From Octopus vulgaris (Eukaryota), in assembly GCA_951406725.2 (NCBI GenBank), contig OX597833.1:34534001-34598000 (forward strand): a stretch of DNA of 64,000 nucleotides. Direction: 5' to 3'. The notes beneath the pieces are model-generated. The model was not told where the DNA came from and did not search any database. It was given only the letters and a program-made list of their open reading frames with translations. This document shows, piece after piece, positions 37,792-51,700 of the stretch; the first letter of the stretch is position 1, and each line of letters opens with the position of its first letter. The translations under genes were made by a program, and so were the position numbers.

Positions 37792-39446
37792 GTGCCATGT
37801 GGATACAGAGTTTGCTTCATAATTATATGGTTTCAGTTTCACTTTGAGCAAGTATCCTCTGGCCTCAGGTTGTCCAATGCCTTGTGTCTGAAATTGGTGG
37901 ATAGAAACTTAATGGATACCCTTTGTGTATATGTCTTGTGCTGGCACCATGTAAAAAGTACCCGTGCTGGCATCACATAAAAGCATCCAGCACACACTGT
38001 AAAGTGGTTGGTGTTAGGAAGGGCATCCAGTCATAGAAACCAAGTCAAATCAGACTGGAACCTTGTGCAGTACTCCAGCTTACCAGCTGTGGTGAAACTG
38101 TCCAACCCATGCCAACATAGAAAGTGGCTGTTAAAGGATGATGATGATTTTTATGTGTGTACATATATGTTGAATTGAGGAAGTGAGGATATGTCATTGG
38201 TTTTCTTTGAAGTGGAACTATGACAAGTGCAAGAGCTGATTGATTAATAAGCTTTATCTTTTTTATGACGTTCTTATCCTTAAATGTTCATTGTTATTTT
38301 TCCTAAAATTCCAATTAGTGAAGATGGGTTCATGGCTTATGGTTGAATTAGTATGCTGTTTCTTCATTCTTTGTTTTCCTTCAGTTCTATTTCAGTCCAG
38401 ATATAAAATGTGGAAATTCAAAATATAATCTAAAAGAGCTTTTGACTCTACTCACTGGAACAGACACATATGCCACTATTGCTGAGTGATATTAACACAA
38501 TGTTGTTTATAACATATGTAACATTCAGCAATGAACAGTCATGTGGGGCTGAATCAAATTGTTTTAATGATAATATATATATGTTTTTGTTTTACAAGTT
38601 ATGAAAATGTCAATATTTGAGTAGTGTTTATAAATGTGTGACCAATATTTAGATCAGTGGTTCCAAAACTTTTTCAGGCTGCTGCCTCCCTGACACCTGG
38701 GCCACATTCCTAGTGCCTCCTCCCCACTCACCATCACAAACATAGACCATTTTCTGCAGCAAATTCAAAACAACAGTATTTCACAAATAAAACTTAACCT
38801 AATTAACCCATCATTTTGTTTGCTTATTCATCTAGTGCCCCAGTTTGGCCACTCCATTATTGCTCCACTGAATCTTTCTACTCCTCCCCTATGAGCCACT
38901 GATTTAGATCGTAAGAGATATTCTTAGGTGCATTGTGTTGTGACTTTTGAGCGACGTATATGACCTTATCTCAATTGATTTTGGTAGACAAAGTTATTAC
39001 ACCTACTACACCGGCTTTACAAAGGCCATAATTTGTTCCAACAGTCAAGGAAAGATTTCTTTAAATTTACAGAACCTTAATCTTGACAAAGCTAAATTGA
39101 AAATATGAATAGTTCTTAACAAGTTTTTAAGCAAGTTTATTTTTAAATTCATTCATTTGATGGAAAATATTGTGCTTATCTTCTGTTTGTTATATTTCCT
39201 TGATATTCAGGACAGTGAAGCATTAGCGATTGATTTCAGGGCTGCTGTCTTCGATTATTTACCAAAACTTTTTGCTTCATTTATTGAAGGAGAAACGTGA
39301 GTTCTTTATATGACATTATCTACAAATGTTTTATGTATTTGTGTGGGAGATAGAACCTGAACCGAAAGCTTTGAAAACGATACCAAACTTAATGCAAAAC
39401 ACTTTTATATCTGAATCTTGCAGCAATGTATTTTAGTAGATATCAA

Positions 39447-39534
<88 letters not shown>

Positions 39535-39595
39535 ATATATATATATATATGTATATATATGTATGTATATATATATATATATATGTATATATATG

Positions 39596-39678
<83 letters not shown>

Positions 39679-39689
39679 GTATGTATATA

Positions 39690-39721
<32 letters not shown>

Positions 39722-42700
39722 CTTTTTCATTTATACATATCCTACAGAAGTAGTCTCTGATATTTTAGTATCAAAAGAATTAAATGAATTGATTATTATT
39801 TTGTAGTGATCACAATTTATTATGGTATATTGATAAAGAATAATGTTACTTGGTTTTTTGTTTTCTTCAAATTATGTTGGTAATCTAGTTTAAGCATTAA
39901 AACTACTGCTTTCTCAAGTGTTGTGAGCTGCTGTAGAGTATAATTAATCCTTTGGTTACCAGCCCACTTGCAATTATCTCTAGTTATGTGATACAAAGCT
40001 GCATGTTTTAAAGTGTTGGTAATTGAATTAAAACCTCTGTCAAAATTTTATGTAAGCCTTTTGTTCCAGTTAAATATTGACAAAGGTTAGTTTTTTATGA
40101 AATCCATCCAAATTGTTGGTTATTTTCAAAATTAATTGAAATACTACATCATGTATTTCATTAGAAATATCATTAAAGAATATGAATTAAATAAAACATG
40201 ACATGTCATTTGTGGAAATGCGATGTATTTGTCTTGCTTTTCCCTAGTTATTAGTGATATGATGGGAAGTATCTTCTAAGGAATCAGGGCTACTCCTTTT
40301 CACTCCCTCCAAGATTAAGTTTAATGGTTTTAATATTTGTCTTAAAATTTCTTGGTGCCACAGACATGGCAGCGTGTTAAGAAGTTTGCTTCCTCACTAC
40401 ATGGTTCTGTGTTCAGTCCCAATACATAAAACCATGAACAGGTGTCTTCTATTATAGCCCTAGGATTAGTATAAGAGGTTTGGGTTTGATTCCCATGTGT
40501 ACTAATACCTATTTTTTTCCATCATGGGTTTATATGACTATTTCCTATAGTCAATTTATACAGTGAAAACTTAACATTTACAAAATTTTCACTCATACAA
40601 CCATTTCTTAACTTAGGCAGAATATATTAAATGCATTCCTGGCATATACAGGGGTTGGACAAAATAATGGAAACACCTAGTATCATAGCATCATAATTTT
40701 AAAATATCTATAAAACCGTCAAAAGCTTGTTTTTATGTTTTTTGATTTATTACAAGTGTTGCTTAATATGTTTTGCTAAAATTGCTGTTTCTTTTCATAT
40801 ATTATCAGAAAATAGGTAATTAAAATTCATTAAAATGACACATCTATTAGACTTTCAAAGAGGTCAAATTGTTGGTGCTCATATGGCAGGTGCTAGCGTA
40901 ACGAAAATAGCTGAAATGTTTGTTGTATCAAGAAGTACTGTCTCGAAAATTATGACAGCCTTTGAGAAAGAGGGAAAAAACCTCCCCGTTGAAACAAAAC
41001 TCTGGAAGAAAACCAAAACTTTCAGATAGGGACCATCAGACTCTTACATGAATTGTTATAGCTCTCAAAATTAGCAGTGGAAGAATGTTATTTTTTTGGA
41101 CGAGTCATCCTTTACCTTATTTCCGACCACCAGTCGAGTATACGTGTGGATACAGCCAAAAGAAGCATTCGACCCAGACTACCTTCTTCCAACTGTTAAA
41201 CACAGAGGAGGATCTGTGATGATCTGGGGGGTTATATCTTGGAAATCTACTGGCCCAATGGTTTCCCTTCATGGCAGAATTAACAGTCAAGACTATTTAA
41301 GCATTTTATCTGATTAAATTCATCCTATGGTTGCAGAACTGTTTCCGAAGGGAAACGCAATCTTTCAGGACGACAATGCACCAATTCACATATCTAAAGT
41401 TGTTACTGAATGGCATGAGGAACATTCTAGTGAAGTTGAACATCTTATCTGGCCACTACAATCCCCAGGTCTTAATAATATTGAACATTTATGGTGCATT
41501 TCAGAAAAACAAGTAAGAAGTTGATATCTTCCATCATCATCACTACAAGAACTGGTGACAGTTTTAGCTGAAGAATGGACAAAAATTCCTTTGGAAACAA
41601 TTCAAACTTTGTATGAGTACATACCTTGTAGAATTCAAGCTGTAATTATTGCCAAAGGCAGTCCTGCACCATATTAAAATAGATTTGTTCGAAATTTTAA
41701 GGTGTTTCCATTATTTTGTCCAACTCCCATATATGTGTATGTCTGTTTGTGTCTTTTTGTTTTATCATTGTGTGATGGTTGTAAAATGATTGTCACTGTC
41801 ATACAAGTAGTGTAGTGCCCTTTATTGTTAATATTTTCAAGAACATGTCTGGGCATGGAGAAATATTACCATGCTTGGAAATAGGTGGAAGTTGTTAACA
41901 GTAAGGTCATTTGTAAATTTCAGAGAAGGGGTTCAAGGGCAAACAATTAGGGATGATATTGACTACCTCTTGTACACTCTTTACTCTTTTACTTGTTTCA
42001 GTCATTTGACTGCGGCCATGCTGGAGCATCGCCTTTAGTTGAGCAAATCGACCCCAGGACTTATTCTTTGGAAGCCTAGTACTTATTCTATCGGTCTCTT
42101 TTGCCGAACCGCTAAGTTACAGGGACGTAAACACACACCATCGGTTGTCAAGCGATGTTGGGGGACATACAAAGACACATACACATACACACATATATAT
42201 ACACGATGGGCTTTCAGTTTCTGCCTACCAAATCCACTCACAAGGCTTTGGTTGGCCCAAGGCTATTGTAGAAGACACTTCCCCAAGGTTCCACGCAGTG
42301 GGAATGAACCTGGAACCATCTGGTTGGTAAGCAAGGTACTTACCTCACAGCCACTCCTGCGCCTATTTCTAAATAATGCATTTGTCAAATTCTCTATGAT
42401 TCACTACTATGCAACACTCTGCAATAATCTCTCTTTATAAACCTGTTTTTGGAAAAACTATTGTAGTTATGGTGTAATACATGAAACTGTTGGTTTATAA
42501 AGCAAGTTGTTTTATTTTGTCTATATATACAGGGAAAGCTCTGTGCCGATTCAGATAATGTTGGACAACATCAGTAAGTTACTTGGGTTTGATTTGGAAC
42601 AAGGCAAGTTCCATGGTGCTGTTGAAGAAAACAAGGCTATAGAAATTATGGGGCAGTTATTGAATATTTACAATTTGAGTGCAAATGATGATAATGAAGA

Positions 42701-45700
42701 GAAATTTTGGTTTATGTACTCCAAACAACTCCCTCAAATTCTTTTCACAGCTGAAAGGTTAGTTTTTTTTTGTTCAAACACCTTTTTGTAGTTTTTTTTT
42801 TTTTTTTACTTATTGTCTTTGATCTTTTATATTTAATTCATGGGTGGCCATGATGATGATGATGATCATCATCATCGTTTAACGTCCGTTTTCCATGCTA
42901 GCATGGGTTGGACAGTTTGACCGGGGTCTGGGAAGCCAGGAGGCTGCACCAGGCTCCAGTCTAATCTGGCAGTTTTTCTACAGCTGGATGCCCTTCCTAA
43001 CTCCAACCACTCCGTGAGTGTATTGGGTACTTTTTACGGGCCAGAGGGGGCTGGCAATGGCCACGATTGGTTGATGCTTTTGTAGGAATGTATATAACCG
43101 TAACGTAAGATGGTTGGTGACAAGGTCTCCTCTTGTACGCTGCACGATCGTGCCAAAGGAAATGACGGAAGGACGACAAGCTGTTCTGCTGTTTGAGAGA
43201 GAAGATAGACTTTATTCATGGTTGTGATTACTAGCGTAGTGTTGTGGTATGAATTCATTCGTATAGTAATTGTGTCTGTGTGTTCGTGTGTGCGACAAGG
43301 TACAGATAAAGGTGCATGCAAATACAACAGAAATACAGAGTATAAGAGAAGTCTCAGCATATTGAGTTAAGATAGAGTTAGTTACCAGTTCATGTGGTAC
43401 GCGATAATAAGTTCTATAACAGATTTGGGTCTCGAAGCAGAGACTAGTTGAGTCACTTGTTGTGCAGGTTTCTCTTGATATAGATTATTCTTTCAGATAA
43501 TACTGCAACTGTTTTTCCATGGTGAAGTTTCACGCAAACAGCATGAGTTGAATCTGTGTAATTGTGTACAAGTTGAAATCTTCGGAGATGTAGACGACGT
43601 TAGTGATGATGTTCTGTCTGTCACTGGTATACAATAACGTCTTCGTTGTATGGTTGGCTGGCTGTCGTTTGTCATTCGAACTGGAACATGGCTGAGTAGC
43701 TCTGTGGTCTCCGACTAGACCTTAGAAGGTCTAAAGCCGAAAGATGATGAATAGTGGAAATACTAGCTTATTTAAAGAGTAAAGATGGCTCGAATGAAAG
43801 ATCCTATCCGAAGGCTGTGATTGGTCAGTTTACACACTGGCGTGAAATAAGTAGAGAGACAGACTGCGCTAGATGCTAACCAATCAGATCAGTGAACACA
43901 ACAGGGTTAAACTAGCCAAAGATGGTTGTAATTTCAAACGAGATCATTCCTAATGTTTTTCTCAAACAGTGAGGATATCAATATTGCCACACTTTTTATG
44001 TGCCACCGGCATGGAAGCCAGTCAAGGCGGCACTGGCATTGGCTACGTTCGGATGGTGCTTTTTATGTGCCACCGGCATGGGTATCACAACTGCAATTTC
44101 CATTTGATTTTTATTTTGATGTTGATGTACTTGACTCAATAGGTCTCCTCAAGCACAGCAGGTCACCCTATGATCCAAGGTGCTTTTGAATGGGCTGGGG
44201 CAGCTTATGCGAAACTGGTGTAGGATACAGCTGCGAACTTACTTTATTTGCCAGGTCTTCGCAGTCACAGCATATCTCCAGAGGTCTCGGTCTTTCGTCA
44301 TTGCTTCTGTGAGGCCCAGTGTTCGAAGGTCATGTTTCACCACCTGATCCCATGTCTTCCTGGGTCTACCTCTACCCTGGATTCCTTTAACTGTTTGGGA
44401 ATGGCACTTCACACAGCTCTCCTCATCCATCTGTAGTACATGACTATACCAGCACAAACGTCTCTCTTGCACTCCACATCCGGTGCTTATGTCTGACTTA
44501 TCTCTCAGGGTGCTTAAACTCTGTCGTATGTACACTCTGACATTATACATCCAGTGGATCATGCTAGCTTCATTTCTTTCAAGCCTACGCATGTCCTCCG
44601 CAGTCACGGCCCATGTTTCACTTCTGTTAATTATGGATGAAGTGAGTATGGAACTAGTTATTAGCCTGGCGGAATGTAGTAAGGTTTGAATTCATGGTTG
44701 TGTACTCAATTGTCTACCGTTTTGCCTTTATTATATAAATGGATAAGAAATTAGTAAAAACTGATCTCCCTTTATTTCTTTCTCTTTGCACAAACACACA
44801 TTTACACACTCACAGAAAACATTTTATTATTTTAATTAAACCTTATTTTTGAGTATGGTATCCTTGAATCTGTGACCAGATGAAATTATTGTCAGAATTC
44901 GGTTCAGTGATTCCAGGAGGTATCACAACGTTTATTATTAATATTACTTGGCTGAGGTGGCACACTAGTAGAATTGTTACCATGTCGGACAAGATGCTTA
45001 GCAGTATTTTGTATGTCTTTATGTTCTGAGTTCACATTCTGCTAGGGTTGATTTTTGCCTTTCATTGTTTCTGAGTCACTAAAATAATTTCCTGTTGAGC
45101 ACTGGGGCCAATGTAATTGACCATCCTACTCCCCCAAATTTCAGACCTTGTGCCTATAGTAGAAAGGATTAATACTATGTAGGTAACTGGGAATAGTTAT
45201 TATTGGAGCAGTTGTTTTTACAGCTGGAGAATTTTTCTATAGCTAATTACTCATCTAAAAATTGGGAATTGACACCTGTTTGTTACTGACAAAGTAGTGT
45301 AAAGTGAGTTAATTTATTTTGATCTGCAAAAATTTCAAGTCTCAATGTTCTATATTGTCTGGTGTTTGTTCTCCAGATTTTTAACATTAAGTAGATAAGG
45401 AGCAAATCTCCCTTTGGTCTATTCTGGATAAACTTTCTCGTATAATGAATTGAACTTGGTCTTGCAAGCTAACAAATCACTTGCTAAATCAACAGAGCTG
45501 CTAATGTTGTTTCAAACCTGTTATTCCTATTGTGTGATACATGTTTACTTCTTGGTGGATTGCTCCATTTAAAAGTTGAGTCTCTGGACTTAAACAGTAC
45601 AGTGCCAAGAACAGGATATGAATTTGGACAACTTTGGACTGTTCTAATGGTTGTTCACTACCTTGTACATTGACCAACAAATTCTGTTTTGTTTGGATGC

Positions 45701-48700
45701 ACATCATTATGATTGTAGTCATAAAGCTTGAAAACATAATCTTCAGATTATTAATTCAGCATCTCACCTTCATAGTTATTGTTTCTTTGAAATAATGTGA
45801 ATATATTTTATGATTATATGTCAGTATATCTTTTGTATCTTTGTATTTTTTATTACAGGAAAACAGATTCATGGTTTTTGTGCTTGAAGTCTTTGATTTT
45901 ACTTAATCCAGATATCAATAAAGAATATTTGGATCAGATCTTATCTTTATGCTGGTCTGTATTATCAGAAAGTGATGAGTCTACAATTGAGCAAGTTGAT
46001 GGTCTGCTAGAAAGTATTTTAGAAGTATACAGCAAATTACGACAGATACCATTCTTGTTTAAGAAGTTAATTGCATCTGTCATTGCATCCTCGGTAGAAT
46101 ATAACTGCAAGTGGCCTCAGCGATTTTCTCTTAAGTAAGTGCACTGTGTGTTATTTATCATTCCATAATTCTCTTTGACAAATCCACAACTTTCAGTAGT
46201 TGTATGTGATAGATACAGAGCTAGAATAGTACCAAAACTTTTTTCAGTTTGCACCAGTTTGCAGCATTGTATAATACAAATAAAATGTAAAATTTTCCCA
46301 AACCCAAATGAGCTAACTCGAGTGACATTCCCAGTTAATTCAAATACTAGTTTCCAATAGTTAATGGGGCTAAGTAATGTAACATTTTGTGTACTGAAAA
46401 TACATAACCAAAATGTATTTAAATAGCTTTAAATTTTCAAACTCTGATTTGATATTCCAATGCCATATTCACTTGCCTGTTTCAGTTGCACCTTTTTATA
46501 ATGTCTGCTATGTAAAATTAATGTAATTCTTCAGTGTTGTTGGCAATGGGTTTGCACTATAGAAACAAATCAATGCAACAAAGTTGTCTCAAAACAGCCC
46601 TGGCAGATCTAATTTCTTTAACTTACTGCAAATAATAGGCTACCTGCAGGATGTTGTGTTTGATAAATGGAACCAAACACACAACTGCTGGTTGTATTAT
46701 GTAAAAATTATACATGGCTGTGTGGTAAGAAGTTTACTTCCCAGCTGCATGGTTCCAGGTTCAGTCCCACTGTGTGGTACCTTAGGCCAACCAAAGCTTT
46801 GTAAATGGATTTGGTAGACAGAAACTGAAAGAAGCCCGTCATATATATACTTATATATCTATGATGTGTGTGTCTTTGTGTATGTATATGTTCCCCACCA
46901 TCACTTGTCAACCACTATTGGTGCGTTTACATCTCCTTAACCTAGCAGTTCAACAAAAGGGACTGATAAAATAAGTACTAGGATTTACAGAAAATAAGTA
47001 CTGGGGTCAATTTGTTAGATTAAAATTCTTTAGGGTGGTATCCCAGCATGATTGTAGTCTAATGATTGAAAAAGTTTAGGGCAAAGAAAGTATTCTATAC
47101 TGTTTGTGGGTTTACCCTTTTCCCAGTTCACCAAATTTCACTCACAAAATTTGGTGAAACTATGATAGTGACACTTTCAGTGAGATTGAACCCCAAACTC
47201 CATACTTTTTAACCACATAGCTATGCTTGCATCCTATCATGATACTAAAATATAATGTATCTTTATTCATCATCTTCATCTTTGTGTAATGTTCAGTCTC
47301 CATGCTGGCATGGGTTGGACGGTTTGACATGGAGCTGGCTAGCAGGGAGCTGTCTGAACTCCAACTGTCTGTTGTGACATGGTTTCTACAGCTGGATGTC
47401 CTTCCTATTACCAAACACTTAGCTGAGTGTACTGGGTGCTTTTTATGTGTCACAGGTGTATTTATACAGCACCAGTACAGGTGCTTTTTAAGTGGCACTG
47501 GCACCTGAAAGGGCAAGCTTGTATGTTTGGAAGACAGCAATTTTTCAAGCTAAGTTAATACTATTTGATTAATTCCTTATTTTCAATATGTTATCAATTT
47601 CTCAGTCAGTGGTTGCTGGAAACACTATAATAGTTACTACTATATTTTACATTTAACTATTCTTATTATTCTTAATCATGACTTAAGTAAAGGTGCTTGG
47701 CTTAGTGGTTGGTGTATTCAGCTCACAATTGTTAGGTGAGTTCGATTCCTGGCAGCACATTGTGTCCTTGAGCAAGACATTTTATTTTACATTTCTCCAG
47801 TCCACTCAACTGGCAAAAATGAGTTGCACCTGTATTTCAAAGGGCCAGCCTTCTCACACTAAATCTCCCTGAGAACTATGTTAAGAGTATGTGTGTCTGT
47901 GGAGTGATCAACCACTTGCATGTAAATTTCACGAGCTGGCTGTTCTGTTGATTGGATCAACTGGAGCCCTTGTAACTGATGGAGTGTCAGTTAACCCTTT
48001 CGTTACTAACCTGGCTGAAACTGGCTCTGGCTCTTTAGTATAAACGTCTTGTTTTCATAAGTTTTGAATTCAAATCTTCCACCAAATCTTAGTCACAATT
48101 TATGTTCCTAACACTAGCTCAATGATAACGATGTTATTTTACTAAATTCTTTGTTATATTTAAAATAATTGGAAGAAACACAGAGCATCTCAAAATAAAT
48201 ACAGTAATGAAAGAGTTAATCCTGATTTCAAATTTTGGCACAAGGCCAGCAATTTTGGGGGTAGGAGTAAGTCAATAACATTGATCCTAGTGTTTAACTG
48301 GTACTTGTTTTCCTGACCCTGAGAGGGTGAAAAGCAGAGTAGCTCTCAGCAGAATTTGAACTTAGAACGTAAGGATAAATTAAATGCCTCTAAACATTTT
48401 GCCCAACATGTTGATGATTCTGTCAGCTTACTGCTTTTTTTACTTACTATTCTTAATCATGTTATCTATCAATTGTCTGTTGTTCTTGTTTTTTCATAGA
48501 TTCCAGAATATTGTGCAAATGTTACCTCAAACTGTTGCGTTACAAGTATGGGAGATGCTGCTGACTGCAATTGAAAAGGAATTAGCTCCAATACTTAAAG
48601 ATGATGAAGGTGACATTTAAAGCTAACATAAATTACTCGGAAAATACTAACTTAAGTTAAAAGTGTTTGGTTCTTGTGTCTGCTAATCACTTGACTTTGC

Positions 48701-51700
48701 AGCTACACAAGCTGAGGCAAATAATATTACATGCTTTCCTCTGTGCTTCAGCATAAGGGCTGCAACAAGATTTTATGCATGGGTAGGATGGTTCTACCTG
48801 GCTGGCTCCTGTCAACTGTCCTACCCATGTATGCATGGAAGATGGATGTTAAACGATGATGATGATGATATTTTTGTTGATTAACTCAGGTCAGCTATGA
48901 TGAAAGGCATTCCAGCCATGGCCTTCCCATCTTGTTAGGGTTATGTTGTTGGACTACATTATCTAATGTAAGATGGCAAAGAGGGATTTGAGATTTGACT
49001 GCTATTTGTAGCAGGTCGATTTACCACTTTACTTAATAATATTAGTAATGTAAGCATTTTGACAAGTGCAAGAATATTTAAGTTTAAGGGAATTCTATAA
49101 TTCATATTCTGGCACAACTTTCAACATTTAAGTTTACCTAGCCAGCACTGCAGAGAGATATAACTTAACCTTTTCGTTACTATATTTCTGACCAAAATAC
49201 ACCCCTCATGAGTTTCAATTAAATTCTAAAATAATCATGAATTTAGGCTTGTTTCATTAAATAACTGTAACTTTTTTACTTATCAACATATTAATGCAAT
49301 ATTTGGAACATAATTAAAGAAAGGGTTCTTAATCAATTCTATTGCATAACTTTTGTCTCAAAGTGACTTTAATTACAGGTAAATTGAGCAAAAGGTAAAA
49401 ATATTAGAATTTTAAATTGAGCAAAAGGTAAAAATATTAAAATTTTGCTTAAACATCACCATAGAAAATGAATCATCAGCTAATATTCAAATGGGTATGC
49501 AACAAAATTTTGATAAAGAAGAATTGTGCACATCACTAGATCATCAGTTGAATTTAATGCACAACAAGTGTACCATAAAGGTGGAATAAACTGGAATCTA
49601 CCGCAAGTTTGACCGAACTAAAGAAATAGGTCAAAAAATAATATATGGCCCTGGTTATGGTATGGAAGTGATAAATTCCAGACCACATCGTTCCCCTACC
49701 ATGCTGACTAATATTATTTTCCCTGTATAAAAACTAAATCCATGCAGTACCCAGTATTTACTTCACAAATTTTCCGAAATTTGATCCCCCATTTTGTGTT
49801 TGTTTACAATCTGCGTAAATTTGTTTCCGCATTGATCGCTTCAAACAATAACTTCCAGACCACATCGTTCCCCTACCATGCTGACTAATATTGTTTTCCC
49901 TGTATAAAAACTAAATCCACAACAGTACCCAGTATTTGCTTCACAAATTTTCCAAACTTTTGTGTTTGTTTACAATCTGTGTAAATTTGTTTCCGAAGTG
50001 ATCGCTTCAAACTAGCATACTGAAAAAAATAAAAAGTCTAATGGTTTCGCTTCCTAACAAAGACTATAGATAAACTCTATCTCCTCAGAAAATTTGCTAA
50101 TAAAAACATTTTAAAAGTTTTTTTACTTCATTCCGATGTAAAATCGTCTTTGCTGTCACCATCGCCGCTTTGTTTCTTTGGAATCGCTGGTTTCATTTTC
50201 GGATAAAAAAATATCCTATTCATTATTTTGTATACCATGTGCTGTTGTACCTATTTCATTCTTTTTCTCGAAATCTCCCTATTTTCTGTTGAAAAAGCTT
50301 TAAATTCGGAATCAATGCTTGATAACATGCAACTCCTATCCATTTTCAAAGTTGAAGAAAAATCGATGCCGAAAAAATGTGGAAAAAAATCTCCCAAAAT
50401 TCACTGAGTTGAGATATCACTTCAAGCAATGTCGGATACTATAAGCCAACTATTTACAAAGTGAAATCACATGTTTTAACGAATGTACCAACAAGATTTG
50501 GGTTCAAATTTATATTTAAATAACAATAGGTTCTCTTGGCCGGGTTGGTATTATGAACCAAAAAATTTTTCAGCCAGGTTAGTAACGAAAGGGTTAAATA
50601 ACATAAATTGTAACTGAGCAACAGCCATATTGTAGAATTGGTAAGTTGTTTGTTGATGTGCGTTGCTCAACTAAATTGATCTCTTATAGGAAAAACATGT
50701 TTGGGATTGCCTGGCATTCTGGCCAGTCTGAGATTTGCTTCTCCTCCTCTTAATGTCTGAGAAAACAGCAATAACTATAAAAACAAGAGGATTGACTAAG
50801 TTATGTGAAGAAACAAAAATCTAGCATATTAACCTCTCTTGCTGTATTTTTATTATTTTCTGATTAATATTTCTTCCTTGTTCAACCAGGTGATGACTCC
50901 ATTTCCAACCAGAAACCTGTGTGTTCTTGTATAATTGGTTTGCTGCTGAACTTTCTGGGTGATGTTGTTATAGTTGGCCCATCAGTGACTGCCAAAAATA
51001 CATTGGCAATACAGAATTTGCAGACCAGAATGAAGATAACAGTTGTGGTCCCTTCACTATACTTATGCCTTAGTAAGGTAAAGTTGCTTTTGTTAACTTT
51101 TTGTTTTTGTTGCTGTTTAGCACTTTAGCATTTAAGCTGGCCATATCAGGCCTACAGATTCTACCTGTTTTATGTTCAAACTGGCTAGATCCAGCCTCTC
51201 GCATCTACTGTATAATGCCATGCTAAAAATAAGCAATCACATCATCAAAATCTCAAAACTATGAGATAAGGCATGAATAATTCAAAGCAATATCAATAAA
51301 TAAGCATTACATTTGACAGAGTAACCTAAATGATAAAAGATTAATCCCTAAGATTTATTAACAAAAGTATCACCCAACACCACCCAATCTTTATTCACAC
51401 AGTGTATATCTAGAACTATATTATCTAATATGTTCTTCTTTTCCAAAGACAGTAGGGTGTGGTCTGAGGGAAATTTGGCTGCTATTTCTAGCAAATCAAA
51501 TAAACCTTGGCTTATATTGTACGTTGTGGTTGATAGCTGTTCTGCTGTTTGTTGATAGGTTTTTCTTAACTCATCTCCATCTGAATCCCAATATCACGTA
51601 ACTTGATACATTGCATGACATTTTATAAATTTATCTATTTCAATTGGTTGATTCATTGATCTGTTATGTTACTCTACAATCTTGCCTGCAATACCTATTT

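Noticed and set aside
39418-39806. Poly-(IY) ORFs
   Set aside because: Microsatellite artefact.
47692-47760. tRNA gene
   Set aside because: A and B boxes are present but there is no cloverleaf; the sequence continues into a SINE body.
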